This document shows, in pieces, positions 52,150-64,000 of a stretch of 64,000 bases of DNA. The DNA is from Basidiobolus meristosporus CBS 931.73 (Eukaryota; Fungi; Basidiobolomycota). A program made the translations under genes and the position numbers. The notes below the pieces were generated by a model. The model ran no database searches and was not told where the DNA came from. It saw only the letters and a list, made by a program, of their open reading frames with translations. The stretch covers positions 59,290-123,289 of the forward strand of contig MCFE01000223.1 in NCBI GenBank assembly GCA_002104905.1, in the 5' to 3' direction. Numbering within the stretch: position 1 is the stretch's first letter; the number at the start of each line of letters is the position of its first letter.

Positions 52150-55100
52150 ATACAACACAATACATCTCAATACTTTACACACCCACAAGAACTTTTTACC
52201 CAATATCAAGAAATTCCAATTAAGAAGGGTTTCATGGGTGATGATGGATCACTTGATGCAGTGGGAGAAGGAACTATCTAAGTAAGCCTTAGAGGCAGTC
52301 AAGAAAGCTATACACCAACCTTTAAAGAAGTACCCCATGTACCAGAAATAGCCAAGAATCTAATATCTGTAAGCAAGGCCACAGCAGAAAAACTCAGTTT
52401 CAGCTTTGACATTTTTAGATGCAGGATCACTGATCAAAGTGGTGCTCATATTACTTCAGGTACCACAGCTCAGAATCTGTATAATTTGACGTATAATCCA
52501 TCATATCTGGAAGCCAATACAAGTAACTTGAATGAATACACACTGATGCTTTGCACCGGAGATTTGGACACATCAATTTTGATTATTTGCACAAAATGAT
52601 CAAAGATCCACTAATCTTGGGAGTAAAAATTGATCTCTCTGCTAATTTGAGCACTGTGAAGCCTGTATATATGGGAAACAAGCCAGAGAGCTTTCAAGAG
52701 CGCTGGGTTAATCAAAACTAAGAAAAAATTAGATCTAATTCACTCAGATCTAAGTGGACCTATGCAAAATTTATCCTTAGGTGGGATGAAGTATTTAATC
52801 ACTTTTATTGATGATTATACAAGATAAATGTGGGGCAACTTCATGGAGAGTAAGAAAAAAGCTCTGTCTAAGTATGGGGAGCTTAAAGCCATGGTGGAGA
52901 GTGAAACTGGTGAAAAAATCAAGAAAATTTGTTCTGACAATGGTGGAGAGTATACCTCAAAACTCTTCATCCACTTTGCAAAATTCATGGGATAAGCAAG
53001 AGACTACTGTGCCATACTCCCCACAGCAAAATTAAGTAGTAAATTGTACAAACAGATCAATAATTGATAGGGCAAGATCTATGATTCATGATCAAAAACT
53101 GTCCTATGATTTCTGGCTGGAATCAGTGCCATAGCTGTATACCTTAAAAATAAGGGACATAACAGATTACTCTGCAACTCTGCTCTATTTAAAGATATGG
53201 TATAGATATAGACCAAGCGCAGAACATCTAAGAATATTTGGGTGTACAGCATTTGCCAAGAAACTGCCTGGAAATCAGTCAATATTTGAGCCAAGAAGTG
53301 TACAATGCATATTTTTGGGCTACTGCAATAAGAGTAAAGCATACAGGCTCTACAATACCAAAGCAAATAAGTTAATCAAGTCCAGGGATGTGTTGCTCAT
53401 GAAAATGCAAAATGTTTGCAAAAAAATGACATAAGATAATGATAACAATTTGGTCCCAAGTTCATCAATAGACATGATTGAATCAGAGCAAAATAATGAG
53501 AGCTTTTTCACTCCAGAGGACTATAGAGCCATGGTTCAGCCCAAATCAGTGCCCAGGAATATCCCAGAAGTGATCATTCCAGCATCAAATGGCTGAATAT
53601 CCAAATGGACAATAAATAGTCCAAGTTACTCTATCAATGAGGGGGCAAACTTGCCCTGTGCCTATTCAGTCCCTATTGATGAGACCCTGACTGTAAGAGA
53701 GGCCCTAAATAGCCCTCAGAAGAAGTTGTGGAGATTTGCAATTACTGAAGAATATAAGGCCCTGGTGGAAAATTAAGCTTGGGACTTAGTCAAATTACCA
53801 ACCAACCAAAAATCAATTAGATGCATTTTGGTTTTTAAGACAAAATACAAGGCTGATGGTACAACTGAAAGATACATAGAAACAATTATGTCCAAAGGAT
53901 CCTTGCAAACAAAAGGACTTGACTATACTGAGATCTTTGCACTTATAGCTAAGTTTAATTCCGTCAGATTGATTTTGGCTATTGCAGCCAAATATAAGGT
54001 TTTTATACATCAAGTAGATGTAAAAGCTGCATTTTTGAATGGAGAACTTGATGGGGACTTGTATATGAGCCAGCCTGCTGATTCTGTTGACCAATATAAG
54101 CCCCATCTAGTCTGTAAGCTTAAAAATCTCTTTATGGTCTCAAACAATCACCCAGAGTATGGAATTGTAAGATGGATTCTTATTTGGAATCATTGAGTTT
54201 CAAAGGGTGAAATGCTGACTATAGTATATACCATAAGCCAAATAGAGCAGGTCCAGTTCTATTAGCTCCATATGTGGATGATCTTCTTATATATGTCAAT
54301 AATCCTGCAACATTGGAAGAGACTAAATCCAGCCTATCTAAAGAGTTCAAGATGTCCAATCTAGAAGAATTCAATTACTACTTAGGGATAAGCCTCTCCA
54401 TAGACAGAAGTACCCAGAATATCACTCTAAGCCAATCCAAGTATATTAAATATATAATAAACAAGTGCCAAATTGCAGACTGTAAACTAGCAGCCACCTC
54501 AATGGAGACCTAATTTAACTTGGTCAAAACTCAACCAAATCCAGAGAGCTTGGTGTCATCTGAAAGCCCTAACTCTCCTTATCAGTCTATGGTAGGCAGT
54601 CTGATGTATAATATGCTTGGAACACATCCAGACATCACATACTCAGTGGGAGTTGTCAGCCAGCATAATCAGAACTAGGAATCTGATCATATTGCATCAG
54701 TTAACTGGACTTTTAGATACCTAAAAGGAACTGCTGATATCTGCTTAAGATTCACTTATGTGGACTCAGAACAGGACTTTGTGGGATGCTCTGAGGCTGA
54801 TTGGGGACAAAATTTGGAAGGCAGAAGAACCACTACAGGATACACCTATCTTTACTGTAAAGGAGCAATTTCATGGAATTCAACAAAGCAGCCAACCACT
54901 GCACTGTCTACCACAGAAGCAGAGTATATGGCAACCTGTGAAGCTACAAAAGAAGTAATGTGGCTAAGAAAGCTTTTTAAAGATTTGGGCCTATGTCAAA
55001 AAAGGGTTATTACTTTATTTCAAGATAATCAGGGGTGTATATAATTAGGTAGAAATCCAACTTTTCATGCTAGAACTAAGCACATAGTTATTAGACATCA

Positions 55101-55608
55101 TATCTTATGTGAAGCCAAAGGGAATAACTTAGTTAGCTTAGCTTACTGTCCTTCATATGAACTGATTGCAGACATTACCAAACCATTAGCTAGATGCAAG
55201 TTTGAATATCTTGGGTCAAGATTAGGAGTAGTCAGTATGAACATTTAGCAGAGTGGGAGTGTTGTAAAACTATGTAATTCCACCTAAATATTCACCTCAC
55301 TTAGTTACTTAGATCATTACATTCAAATCCTAGGGAATATTGACCAAATTACTTTTTGGGATTTACATAGAATATTTTTAACAAAATGCCAGGTACCTAT
55401 AACATGAAAATTCTCAAAGTTGTCCAAACAGGCCCAAATTTTGCACACATTATCTTGGGACCTTCATGATCTTATTCTACATGCTTATAATGCCAAGACC
55501 TTGTAAAAGTATAAATACTACATTTACATTCATTAAATCATTAAGTGAAAACCACATAATCTACTTTTTCTCTCAATCACTTCCAATATCTCCAAGATCT
55601 TTACAACA
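52150..55608 (+). mobile_element. copia-1 degenerate copy lacking 5' LTR and gag; 3' LTR 55260-55608
   Basis: Reverse complement of 46992-50450; PPT GAGTGGGAG at 55251-55259. Confidence 0.92.
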
Positions 55609-57746
55609 TATACATCCTTGGTCATCTTGAATAAAGTAATAGGCTTATTTTGACATCAGCCTAAATCTTTAAAAAGCTTCTTTAGCCACATTGCTTATTT
55701 TGTAGCTCTACAGGCTGCCATATACTCTGCTTCTGTGGTAGACAGTGCAGTGGTTGGCTGCTGTCCTGAATTCCATGAAATTGCTCCTTTACAGTAAAGA
55801 TAGGTGTATCCTGTAGTGGTTCTTCTGTGTACTAAATTTTGTCCCCAGTCAGCATCAGAGTATCCCATAAGATCCTGTTCTGAATTCTTATAAGGGTATC
55901 TTAAGCAGATATCAGCAGTTCCTTTTAGGTATCTAAAAGTCCACTTAAGTGCTGCAATTTGATCAGATCCATAGTTCTGATTGTGCTGACCAACAACTCC
56001 CTCTGAATATGATATATCTGGACATGTTCCAAGCATGATATACATCAGACTGCCAACCATTGCTTGATAAGAAAGTTCAGAGGCACCAAGCTCTCTCAAT
56101 TTGGGTGAGTTTTGACCAGGTCAAGGTTTGTCTCCAATGGGATAGCTGTCAGTTTACAGTCTTCTATTTAGTACTTAGTATATCTCAAATGTACTTGGAT
56201 TGGCAATGGGTGATAGTCTGGGTACCTCTGTCTATGGAGAGCTTCATCCCTAAGTAGTAACTGATTTCTCCTAGATTGGACATCTTGAACTCTTTAAATA
56301 GGCTGGACTTAGTCACTTCCAATCTTGCTAGATTGTTGACATATATAATAAGATTGTCCATGTATAGAGCTAATAGAGCTGGATTAGCTCTGTCTGGCTT
56401 ATAGTATCTACTATAGTCAGCATTACTCCTTTTGAAACTCAGTGACTCCAAATAAGAATCTATCTTGCAATTCCAGGCTCTTAGTAATTGTTTGAGACCA
56501 TGTAGAGATTTTTTAAGCTTGCATACTAAATGGGCTTTATCTTGGCTCACCAACCCATCAGGCTGGTTTATAAACAATTCCCCATCCAGTTCCCATTCAA
56601 AATGCAGTTTTTATATCTATTTGATGTATAAAAAACTTATATTTGGCTGCAATAGCCAATAGCAATCTAATGGAATCAAACTTGGCACTGGTGCAAAGGT
56701 CTCAGTACAATCAAGTCCTTTTATTCAAGAGTATCCTTTGGCCAAGTCTTGCTTTACATCTTCTGATTGTACCATCAGCCTTGAATTTGCTTTAAGACCC
56801 ATCTGCATCCAATTGATTTTTGGCTGATTGGTAATTTGACCAAGTCCCAAGTTTGATTTTCCATTGGGACCTGATATTCCTCAGTCATTGCAGATCTCCA
56901 AAACTCAGTCTGAGGGCCATTTAGGGCCTCAATTTTATTCTGGGGTTCATCCATATGGACTGAATAGGCATAGGCCAAGTTGTACTCTCATTGATATAGT
57001 AATTTGGGCTATTTGTTTTCCAGTACAATGTTGAGCCATTTGATACTGGAATGATTACTTCTGGTCTATTGCTGGGCACTGATATGGGCTGAACCACAGT
57101 TGTAGAGTCCCCTGGAGTGAAAAAGCTCTCATTACTTTGCTCTGATTTAATCCTGACAATTGGTGGACTTGAGATCAAATTTTTGTCATCATCTGATGTC
57201 ATTTTTTGCAAAAATTTGAGTTTTCATCAAATAGCACATCCCTAGACTTGATTAGCTTCTTTGCTTTGGTATTGTAGAGTCTATATGCTTTACTCTCATT
57301 TCAGTAGCCCAAAAATATGCATTTTACACTTTTTGGCTTAAATTTTGATGGATTTCCGGGCAGTTTCTTGGCATTTGCTACACACCCAAATATTCTTAGA
57401 GGTTCTGCACTTTAGATGATATTTGATCATTTTGCACAAATAATCAAGATTGTTGCGTCCAATTCTATTGTGCCTAGGCATTGGTGTTTCTTCATTCAAG
57501 CTACTTATATTGGCTTCTGATATGACAAAATATAAGTCAACTTATAAGGATTCTGATCTCTGATACCTGAAGCAATCTGAGCACCATTTTGATCAGTGAT
57601 CCTGCATCCAGAATTGTCAAAGCTGAAACTGAGTTCTTCTGCTGTGGCCTTGCTTACATATAGTAGGTTCTTGGCTATATCTGTTACCAAGAGTACTTCT
57701 TTAAAGATCAGTGTATGGCTTCCTTTACTGCTTCTTAGGTTTTTTT
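55609..57746 (-). mobile_element. copia-1 internal fragment (protease end, deleted integrase, RT, RNase H)
   Basis: Matches 47564-50330 with a deletion near 57415. Confidence 0.9.
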
Positions 57747-60105
57747 ACCACACTGACCCATCAGAATAGTTTGTAGTTGTAGCCTTAGTACTGGTCTCCC
57801 ATGGTCTGCCTAACAGAAGGTCAAAGTTTGCCTTCTGGCAGATAAAGAGGGGAAGCCAGACCTTGATTCCTTGTACCTCAATAGGGAACTTGTGCACTAC
57901 ACCATAGAGTGGGCTAGATCTGGAGTTTGCATCAGTCATGTTCCATCCAATATCTCTATCAACAGGCAGTAGCTCCTTGCTTCTAAGTGTCTTCCAGAAG
58001 TCTAGCAGCATAACACAAATCTCCAAACCACTGTCAATATGGCAGTCAACAGGGTCATCATATATATACCCTTTCACCACAGCAGTTGCAACTGAGTAAA
58101 AGGTCTTATATTTGGTAGCGTTGTCATCCTTTTTGTGGTCTTCATGGTTTGTCTGGATTATATGGGTGTCCATATGTTCAACAGCTTGTCTTCTTGTTCT
58201 AAGCTGCTCATCAAAGGTCTTCCTAACAGACGGCAATACACTCATGATTTCTCCAACTGACAAAGTGAGGTTCTGCTTCAGCAGTTTCTCAGTAATCAAT
58301 TGGGGGCTTGAGTAGCCTGCTATCTTTGAGGTCATCTGAAAGTGAGGTAATGGGTCTTGGGTGGGCAGTGTTCCAGGCTTCTTGTCAATAATAACCTCAG
58401 GCTCTTCAAATCATGGTCTTCTAAGGATGGGTTTGACAGGTTCTTCAGGAAGGTGTCTCTTAGTAGCAAAGGTGTCTACTTTGTATTTTCCATTGTCAGG
58501 GCTGCTTGGACTCACTGTATGGGTCTCAATAGAGGCATCAACAGTAATCTTTCTAGTTGCTGAGTCAGACTTCTGGAAAAGGGCTCTCATTCTGCCTCTT
58601 TGGAAATTAGTGGGAATCCTTTTTCCTTCCTTATCAGCAAGCATTCCATCAGCATCAAACTATACTGTTCCTTCTCTAAGTAGCTGGCTAAGCTCTGAGC
58701 ATTCTTGTCTGGCATGCTGAGTAGAGTCACACCAAATGCAGTGTTTAGGCAAAGGTCTTTGGCCCTCAGTAGCTACCTCAGCTGAGCCGTCAATCTTGAG
58801 GGCTAGCTTTTGTAGCTGTTCAGCAAGTTGGTCAATTCTGTTGGTAGTGTAGGTCTGATTGTCAGCAACAGCACTCTTTAGCTCCTTGGTTGGCTGGTCT
58901 GGCAGATTAGATCTCAGGAGTCTCATAAAGGTAGAAGTTTGCTTTGCCTCTAGGAGTACATGTTTCATCTCTGCAAAGCAAGGAATGCCAGACTTGTCAT
59001 CCTTGGCTGCATGTAGGTCAACTTTCCTTGCCAATTGCTGGGGAAGCCCTTGTGCAAGGTAAAGTGTCATGGTAAACTCAGTTATAGCCTCAGACTCTAG
59101 GAGTGACTTGGCCATATCTTCATACTGTTGAATGAACTCTTCAAGCGTTAGCTTGGAGAGTCCTATCCTTCCAAAGTGTCTGAGGTCTTCAATTCCATAG
59201 TATATCTGGGGTCTACCATACTTGGTCTGTAGGTAGGTCTTCATTAAGGCCCAGTCAGTGAGAATGTCTCCTTGTCTGAGAAGCTTAGTAGTAATATCAT
59301 TGGTGCAGTAGTAGGGGAAGTCTTCAGCCATTTCTTGTTCAGATAGGCTGCACATCTTGCAGAGCTTCTCCCATTTGAATATGAAGCTTTCCACATTCTT
59401 TCCATCAAACTGTGGGGCTCCATGTGAAAGTGGTAACGGCATAGAGTTCATTTTGGGTGGGTAGGTTGGTGTTGTAGTCTTGAAAATATTGGTAGTCTTG
59501 TTTCAATAAATGGGTAACGGCTCAAATCTTCAGGTAAATCTTGTTGGGTCCTAGGGAGCTTGTATGAACCCCCCACATTGGGTGCCATATATGTGGTGGT
59601 TTATAAGTCCAAAGGGCAAAATACGGCCAACACTTCTCAAGTGTGAATGTGTGTGGGGTGTTCACTGGGTGCAATAACCTCTGGCAAAAGCTTGCTAGGA
59701 ATACTGGGTCTTCTGTCTAATCTAATGTGATGGGGGATAAAGCCTCAAGCTTGTCAAGGGAAAACTATTGAACTACAATCCCCAGCTTAGTTGGCATCTT
59801 AACAAAAGTTTATAATGGCTTTGACGTCCTTTGAGATGACAATGTACTAAAGCTTCCAAAGTCAAAACAACTGTAAACTCCACCAACAGGGACTTGATAA
59901 GAATGCAGCTTTGACCAATAGTTACAAAGACTGAAAAGATCTTTGCCTGTACAAGAACAAACTTGGGAAAACAAACAAATATAATAAAATATGCCTACTC
60001 TGAGTATTCCTCACAAGTAGTGCCTCCAAGGTCAGTTGGCTGTCAGCACGGTTTCCTGGGAGTATTGTCAGGTCTGAGTCAGAAAATAGTGGTAATAGGT
60101 AGCGG
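57745..60105 (-). mobile_element. gypsy-B 5' part: partial 5' LTR (59592-60105), PBS, gag and protease, decayed
   Basis: ORFs 58660-59451, 58411-58644 and 57745-58335 match 61318-63025; PBS TGGCACCCAATGTGGGG at about 59571-59587. Confidence 0.93.
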
Positions 60106-61176
60106 TGTAGTGGGGTGACAGTGACACCCACTAACAGATGTGCTCATTCCCTTATTTTCTACTTCCCTATATCCCTACTACACTCATTTTAGTTTTATCC
60201 CATTTGTCTTACCCAATCAGTACTATCCCATAAGCCGGTTGACTATCACACCTGCTTACCTTATTGCATAAGTTACCCCTCACTTTATGTAAGATTACTA
60301 GTTACAAGTGCTTCTATATTAGGCAAGTACCCGCGCCAGTACCCGTGACACATGATCAACCCGTGTCACCATCCCTACCATTTCCATACCATATATGGTA
60401 TCCCCATGTTACACAGGTTTCAGAATACTGATTCCTGATTGGTTGGATGTGCTGTGCCTCTTAGAACCTTCCGGCACCTACTTAGAACATTCTTAGGTCA
60501 TTCTGATGTCATTAAGATTTCTATTGAACTCCGGAACCTTCTGGAACACCATGATTAGTAATCACTTAGCCAGTGAGAAAAGTATATAAGGGAGGCTATC
60601 CCTCTACAATAAATCATCATCCCTTTTATCAATATACCGACTTGTTGATTAGTGTGATCACTGCTACCTGCTGCTACCTGAACTTCCAACCCTAGACCAC
60701 AGGACACTCCCAGGAAACCGCGCTGACAGCCAACTGACCTTGGAGGCACTACTTGTGAGGAATACTCAGAGTAGGTATCTTTTATTATATTTGATTCTTT
60801 CCCAAGTTTGTTCTTGTACAGGCAAAGATACTTTTCTGTCTTTGTAACTATTGACCAAAGCTGCATTCTTATCAAGTCCCTGCTGGTGGAGTTTACAGTT
60901 GTTTTGACTTTGGAAGCTTTAGTACATTGTCATCTCAAAGGACGCTGAACCCAGCACATACTTTTGTTAAGACGCCAACTAAGTTGGGGATTGTAGCTCA
61001 ATAGTTTTCCCTTGACAAGCTTGTGGCTTTATTCCCCTTCACATTAGATTAGAGACAGAACCCAAGTATTCCTAGCAAGCTTTTGCCAGAGGTTATCGCA
61101 CCCAGTGAACACCCCACACACAAAACACTTGAGAAGTGTTGGACGTATCTCTCCCTTGGACTTATACACCACCACA
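60106..61176 (+). repeat. gypsy-B 5' LTR (U3 variant 2, 1071 bp)
   Basis: TGTAGTGG..CACCACA; TATATAAGG at about 60585. Confidence 0.94.
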
Positions 61177-61180
61177 TATT

Positions 61181-61198
61181 TGGCACCCAACGTGGGGG
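61181..61198 (+). promoter_or_regulatory. Primer-binding site TGGCACCCAACGTGGGG(G), tRNA-Lys type
   Basis: 4 bp after the LTR end; differs from the classical Lys1,2 PBS TGGCGCCCAACGTGGGGC by a CpG transition and the last base. Confidence 0.85.
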
Positions 61199-61317
61199 GT
61201 TCATACAAGCTCCCTAGGACCCAACAAGATTTACCAGAAGATTTGAGCTGTTATCCACCTATTGAAAAGAGACTACCGATATTACCAAGATTACAACACC
61301 AACATACCTGCCCAAAA

Positions 61318-64000
61318 ATGAACTCTATGCCATTACCACTCTCACATGGAGCCCCACAGTTTGATGGAAAGAATGTGGAGAGCTTCATATTCAAATGGGA
61401 GAAGCTCTGCAAGATGTGCAGCCTATCTGAACAAGAAATGGCTGAAGACTTCCCCTACTACTGCACCGATGATATTACCACTAAGCTTCTCAGACAAGGA
61501 GACATTCTCACTGACTGGGCCTTAATGAAGACCTACCTACAGACCGAGTATGGTAGACCCCAGATATACTATGGAATTGAAGACCTCAGGCACTTTGGAA
61601 GAACTGGACTTTCCAAGCTACCACTTGAAGAGTTCATTCAACAGTATGAAGATATGGCCAAGCCACTCCTAGAGTCCCAGGCTATAACTGAGTTTACCAT
61701 GACACTTTACCTTGCACAAGGGCTTCCCCAGGACTTGGCAAGGAAAGTTGACTTACATGCAGCCAAGGATGACAAGTCTGGCATTCCTTGCTTTGCAGAG
61801 ATGAAACGTGTTCTCCTAGAGGCAAAGCAAACTTCTACCTTTATGAGACTCCTGACATCTAATCTGCCAGACCAGTCAACCAAGGAGCCAAGGAGTGCTG
61901 CTGCTGACAATCAGACCTACACTACCGACAGAATTGACCAACTTGCTGAACAGCTACAAAAGCTAGCCCTCAAGATTAATGGCTCAGCTGAGGTTGCTAC
62001 TGAGGGACAAAGACCTTTGCCTAGGCACTGCATCTGGTGTGACTCTACTCAGCATGCCAGACGAGAATGCTCAGAGCTTAGCCAGCTACTCAGAGAAGGA
62101 GCAGTACAGTTTGATGCTGATGGAATGCTTGCTGACAAGGAAGGAAGAAGGATTCCCACTAATTTCCGAAGAGGAGGGATGAGAGCCCTTTTCCAGAAAT
62201 CTGACTCAGCAACCAGAAAGATTACTGTTGATGCCCCTATTGGGACACATAAAGTGAATCCAAGCAGCCCTGACAACAGACAATATGAAGTTGATGCCTT
62301 TGCTACCAAAAGACACCTCCCTGAAGAGCCTGCCAAACCCATCCTTAGAAGACCACGATTTGAAGAACCTGAAGTTGTTATTGACAAGAGGCCTAGTATG
62401 CTGCCCACCCAAAATCCATCGCCTCACTTTCAGATGACCTCAAAGATAGCAAGCTACTCAAGCCCTCAACTGATTACTGAGAAGCTGCTGAAGCAGAACC
62501 TCACTTTGTCGGTTGGAGAAATCATGAGTGTATCCCCATCTGTTAGGAAGACCTTTGATGAGCAGCTTAGAACAAGACGTCAAGCTGTTGAACATATGGA
62601 CACTCATATAATTCAGACAAACCATGAAGACCACCAAAAGGATGACAACACTACTGAATATAAGACCTTTTACTCAGTTGCAACTGCTGTGGTGAAAGGG
62701 TATATATATGATGACCCTGTTGACTGCCATATTGACAGTGGCTCAGAGATTTGTGTTATGCCGCTAGACTTCTGGAAGACACTTAAAAGCAAGGAGCTAC
62801 TGCCTGTTGATAGAGATATTGGATGGAACATGACCGATGCAAACTCAGGATCTAGTCCACTCTATGGTGTAGTACACAAGTTTCCTATTGAGGTACAAGG
62901 AATCAAGGTCTGGCTTCCCCTCTTCATCTGCCAGAAGGCAAACTTTGACCTTCTGCTAGGTAGACCATGGGAAACCAGTACTAAGGCTACAACTACCAAC
63001 TATTCCGATGGGTCAGTATGGTACACCATACAAGGATCCAATCCAGGACTACAGTCAACCTTCTGTGGTGTAACACCCAACAATAAGAGGACACATACTG
63101 CTTGCCAGAAGGCACATCTTGTTATGGAAGAAGATGAAGAGCCTGACAATATACACCCCAACATTTGGAGCTGCTCATTAGGTATACAGGAGCAAACAGC
63201 TATGGTTCGAACAAAATACAAGACAGTAGAACAGAAGATTAGACCATCACTTACCCCACTGACTGATGGATCTCGACCTGCTGATTACATTAGACCACCA
63301 GAAAAAACACCAGATGATATACGACTTACACCTGAGAGACTTAAGCAACTTATCATTGGTGATGGAAACCTAACACCAGAGGAGATACTATTATTCAAGG
63401 AGACCTTGAAAAGGCATGATAAGGTCTTCTCATATAATGACAAGGAGATGGGACTCTTAAAGACATCGGTTGAAAAACCTATCAAGATTCATACAGTGCC
63501 ACACACACCCTGGTCATTTAAGCCTTACCCACTGCCCAGAGGACTCCAAGCTGATGTGCATGACCTACTTAAGAAGAAGATAGAAGCTGGCATCCTAGAA
63601 CCTTGCCATGGACCCTATGCTAACAGATGGTTTGTGACCAAAAAGAAGAATGGAAAGCTCCGATTCATTCAAGACATGCAACCTGCAAATGCTGTCACTA
63701 TCAGAGATGCTGCTATACCTCCATCTATTGATGACTTTGCAGAAAGCTTTAGTGGCCACTCCATCTACTCAACATATGATCTCTACTCAGGATATGACCA
63801 GATCCCCCTTGATGAGACATCAAGAGATATGTTTGCACTACAGACACCATTTGGACTGTTAAGGATGACAAGACTCAGTCAAGGGGCTACAAACTCCGTG
63901 GCTCAGTTCCAGAGATGCATGGTAAATGTGCTGTATCAGTTTATACCTGAGAAACTTGCTGTCTTTGTGGATGACATAGGCATCAAAGGATCAAAATTCC
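61318..64000 (+). CDS. gag-pol: gypsy-B gag-pol, uninterrupted to the window edge (about 894 codons; missing from the supplied track because it has no stop)
   Basis: Hand translation: MNSMPLPLSHGAPQFDG, CIWCDSTQHARREC knuckle, HIDSGSEIC protease, KKKNGKLRFIQD, DLYSGYDQ, FVDD; no stop or frameshift seen. Confidence 0.93.
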   Translation, partial: MNSMPLPLSHGAPQFDGKNVESFIFKWEKLCKMCSLSEQEMAEDFPYYCTDDITTKLLRQGDILTDWALMKTYLQTEYGRPQIYYGIEDLRHFGRTGLSKLPLEEFIQQYEDMAKPLLESQAITEFTMTLYLAQGLPQDLARKVDLHAAKDDKSGIPCFAEMKRVLLEAKQTSTFMRLLTSNLPDQSTKEPRSAAADNQTYTTDRIDQLAEQLQKLALKINGSAEVATEGQRPLPRHCIWCDSTQHARRECSELSQLLREGAVQFDADGMLADKEGRRIPTNFRRGGMRALFQKSDSATRKITVDAPIGTHKVNPSSPDNRQYEVDAFATKRHLPEEPAKPILRRPRFEEPEVVIDKRPSMLPTQNPSPHFQMTSKIASYSSPQLITEKLLKQNLTLSVGEIMSVSPSVRKTFDEQLRTRRQAVEHMDTHIIQTNHEDHQKDDNTTEYKTFYSVATAVVKGYIYDDPVDCHIDSGSEICVMPLDFWKTLKSKELLPVDRDIGWNMTDANSGSSPLYGVVHKFPIEVQGIKVWLPLFICQKANFDLLLGRPWETSTKATTTNYSDGSVWYTIQGSNPGLQSTFCGVTPNNKRTHTACQKAHLVMEEDEEPDNIHPNIWSCSLGIQEQTAMVRTKYKTVEQKIRPSLTPLTDGSRPADYIRPPEKTPDDIRLTPERLKQLIIGDGNLTPEEILLFKETLKRHDKVFSYNDKEMGLLKTSVEKPIKIHTVPHTPWSFKPYPLPRGLQADVHDLLKKKIEAGILEPCHGPYANRWFVTKKKNGKLRFIQDMQPANAVTIRDAAIPPSIDDFAESFSGHSIYSTYDLYSGYDQIPLDETSRDMFALQTPFGLLRMTRLSQGATNSVAQFQRCMVNVLYQFIPEKLAVFVDDIGIKGSKF

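Noticed and set aside
1-64000. Host protein-coding genes among the many 60-130 aa ORFs in the track
   Set aside because: Nearly all are alternative-frame or antisense ORFs inside recognisable TEs or LTRs, or fragments of TE genes; none shows an independent domain signature.

Overview
Eukaryotic, CpG-depleted heterochromatin-like DNA, probably from a large fungal genome (low-confidence inference from the element types). Almost every base belongs to nested transposable elements; I found no host gene, structural RNA gene or CRISPR array. Contents: (1) two Ty1/copia families: copia-1 (350-bp LTR TGTTGTAA..TTACAACA, PBS GGTTATGAGCCC; one near-intact copy at 46992-51676 plus six fragments) and copia-2 (369-bp LTR; near-complete copy at 16081-20986); (2) Ty3/gypsy elements: family B (about 1.07-kb LTR, tRNA-Lys-type PBS, single gag-pol ORF open from 61318 to the window end), a degenerate chromovirus at about 29950-40519, a separate LTR+gag ('E'), an RT fragment, and an orphan solo-LTR family ('D'); (3) a CACTA/EnSpm DNA transposon family with CCCTATGAAAAAT TIRs, including one end-to-end copy at 32771-38738 with a TGT target-site duplication, that carries a second, head-to-head gene of unknown function; (4) a foldback/MITE family with AGAC..GTCT ends and ATT/AAT duplications. 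The most notable observations are the divergent CACTA ORF2, the unassigned foldback family, a five-layer nest at 14.6-23.8 kb with apparent gene conversion between adjacent inverted LTRs, repeated same-family nesting, and CpG-directed decay. I see no clear new cellular system. All alignments were done by eye, so breakpoints are approximate unless a TSD or terminus is quoted.
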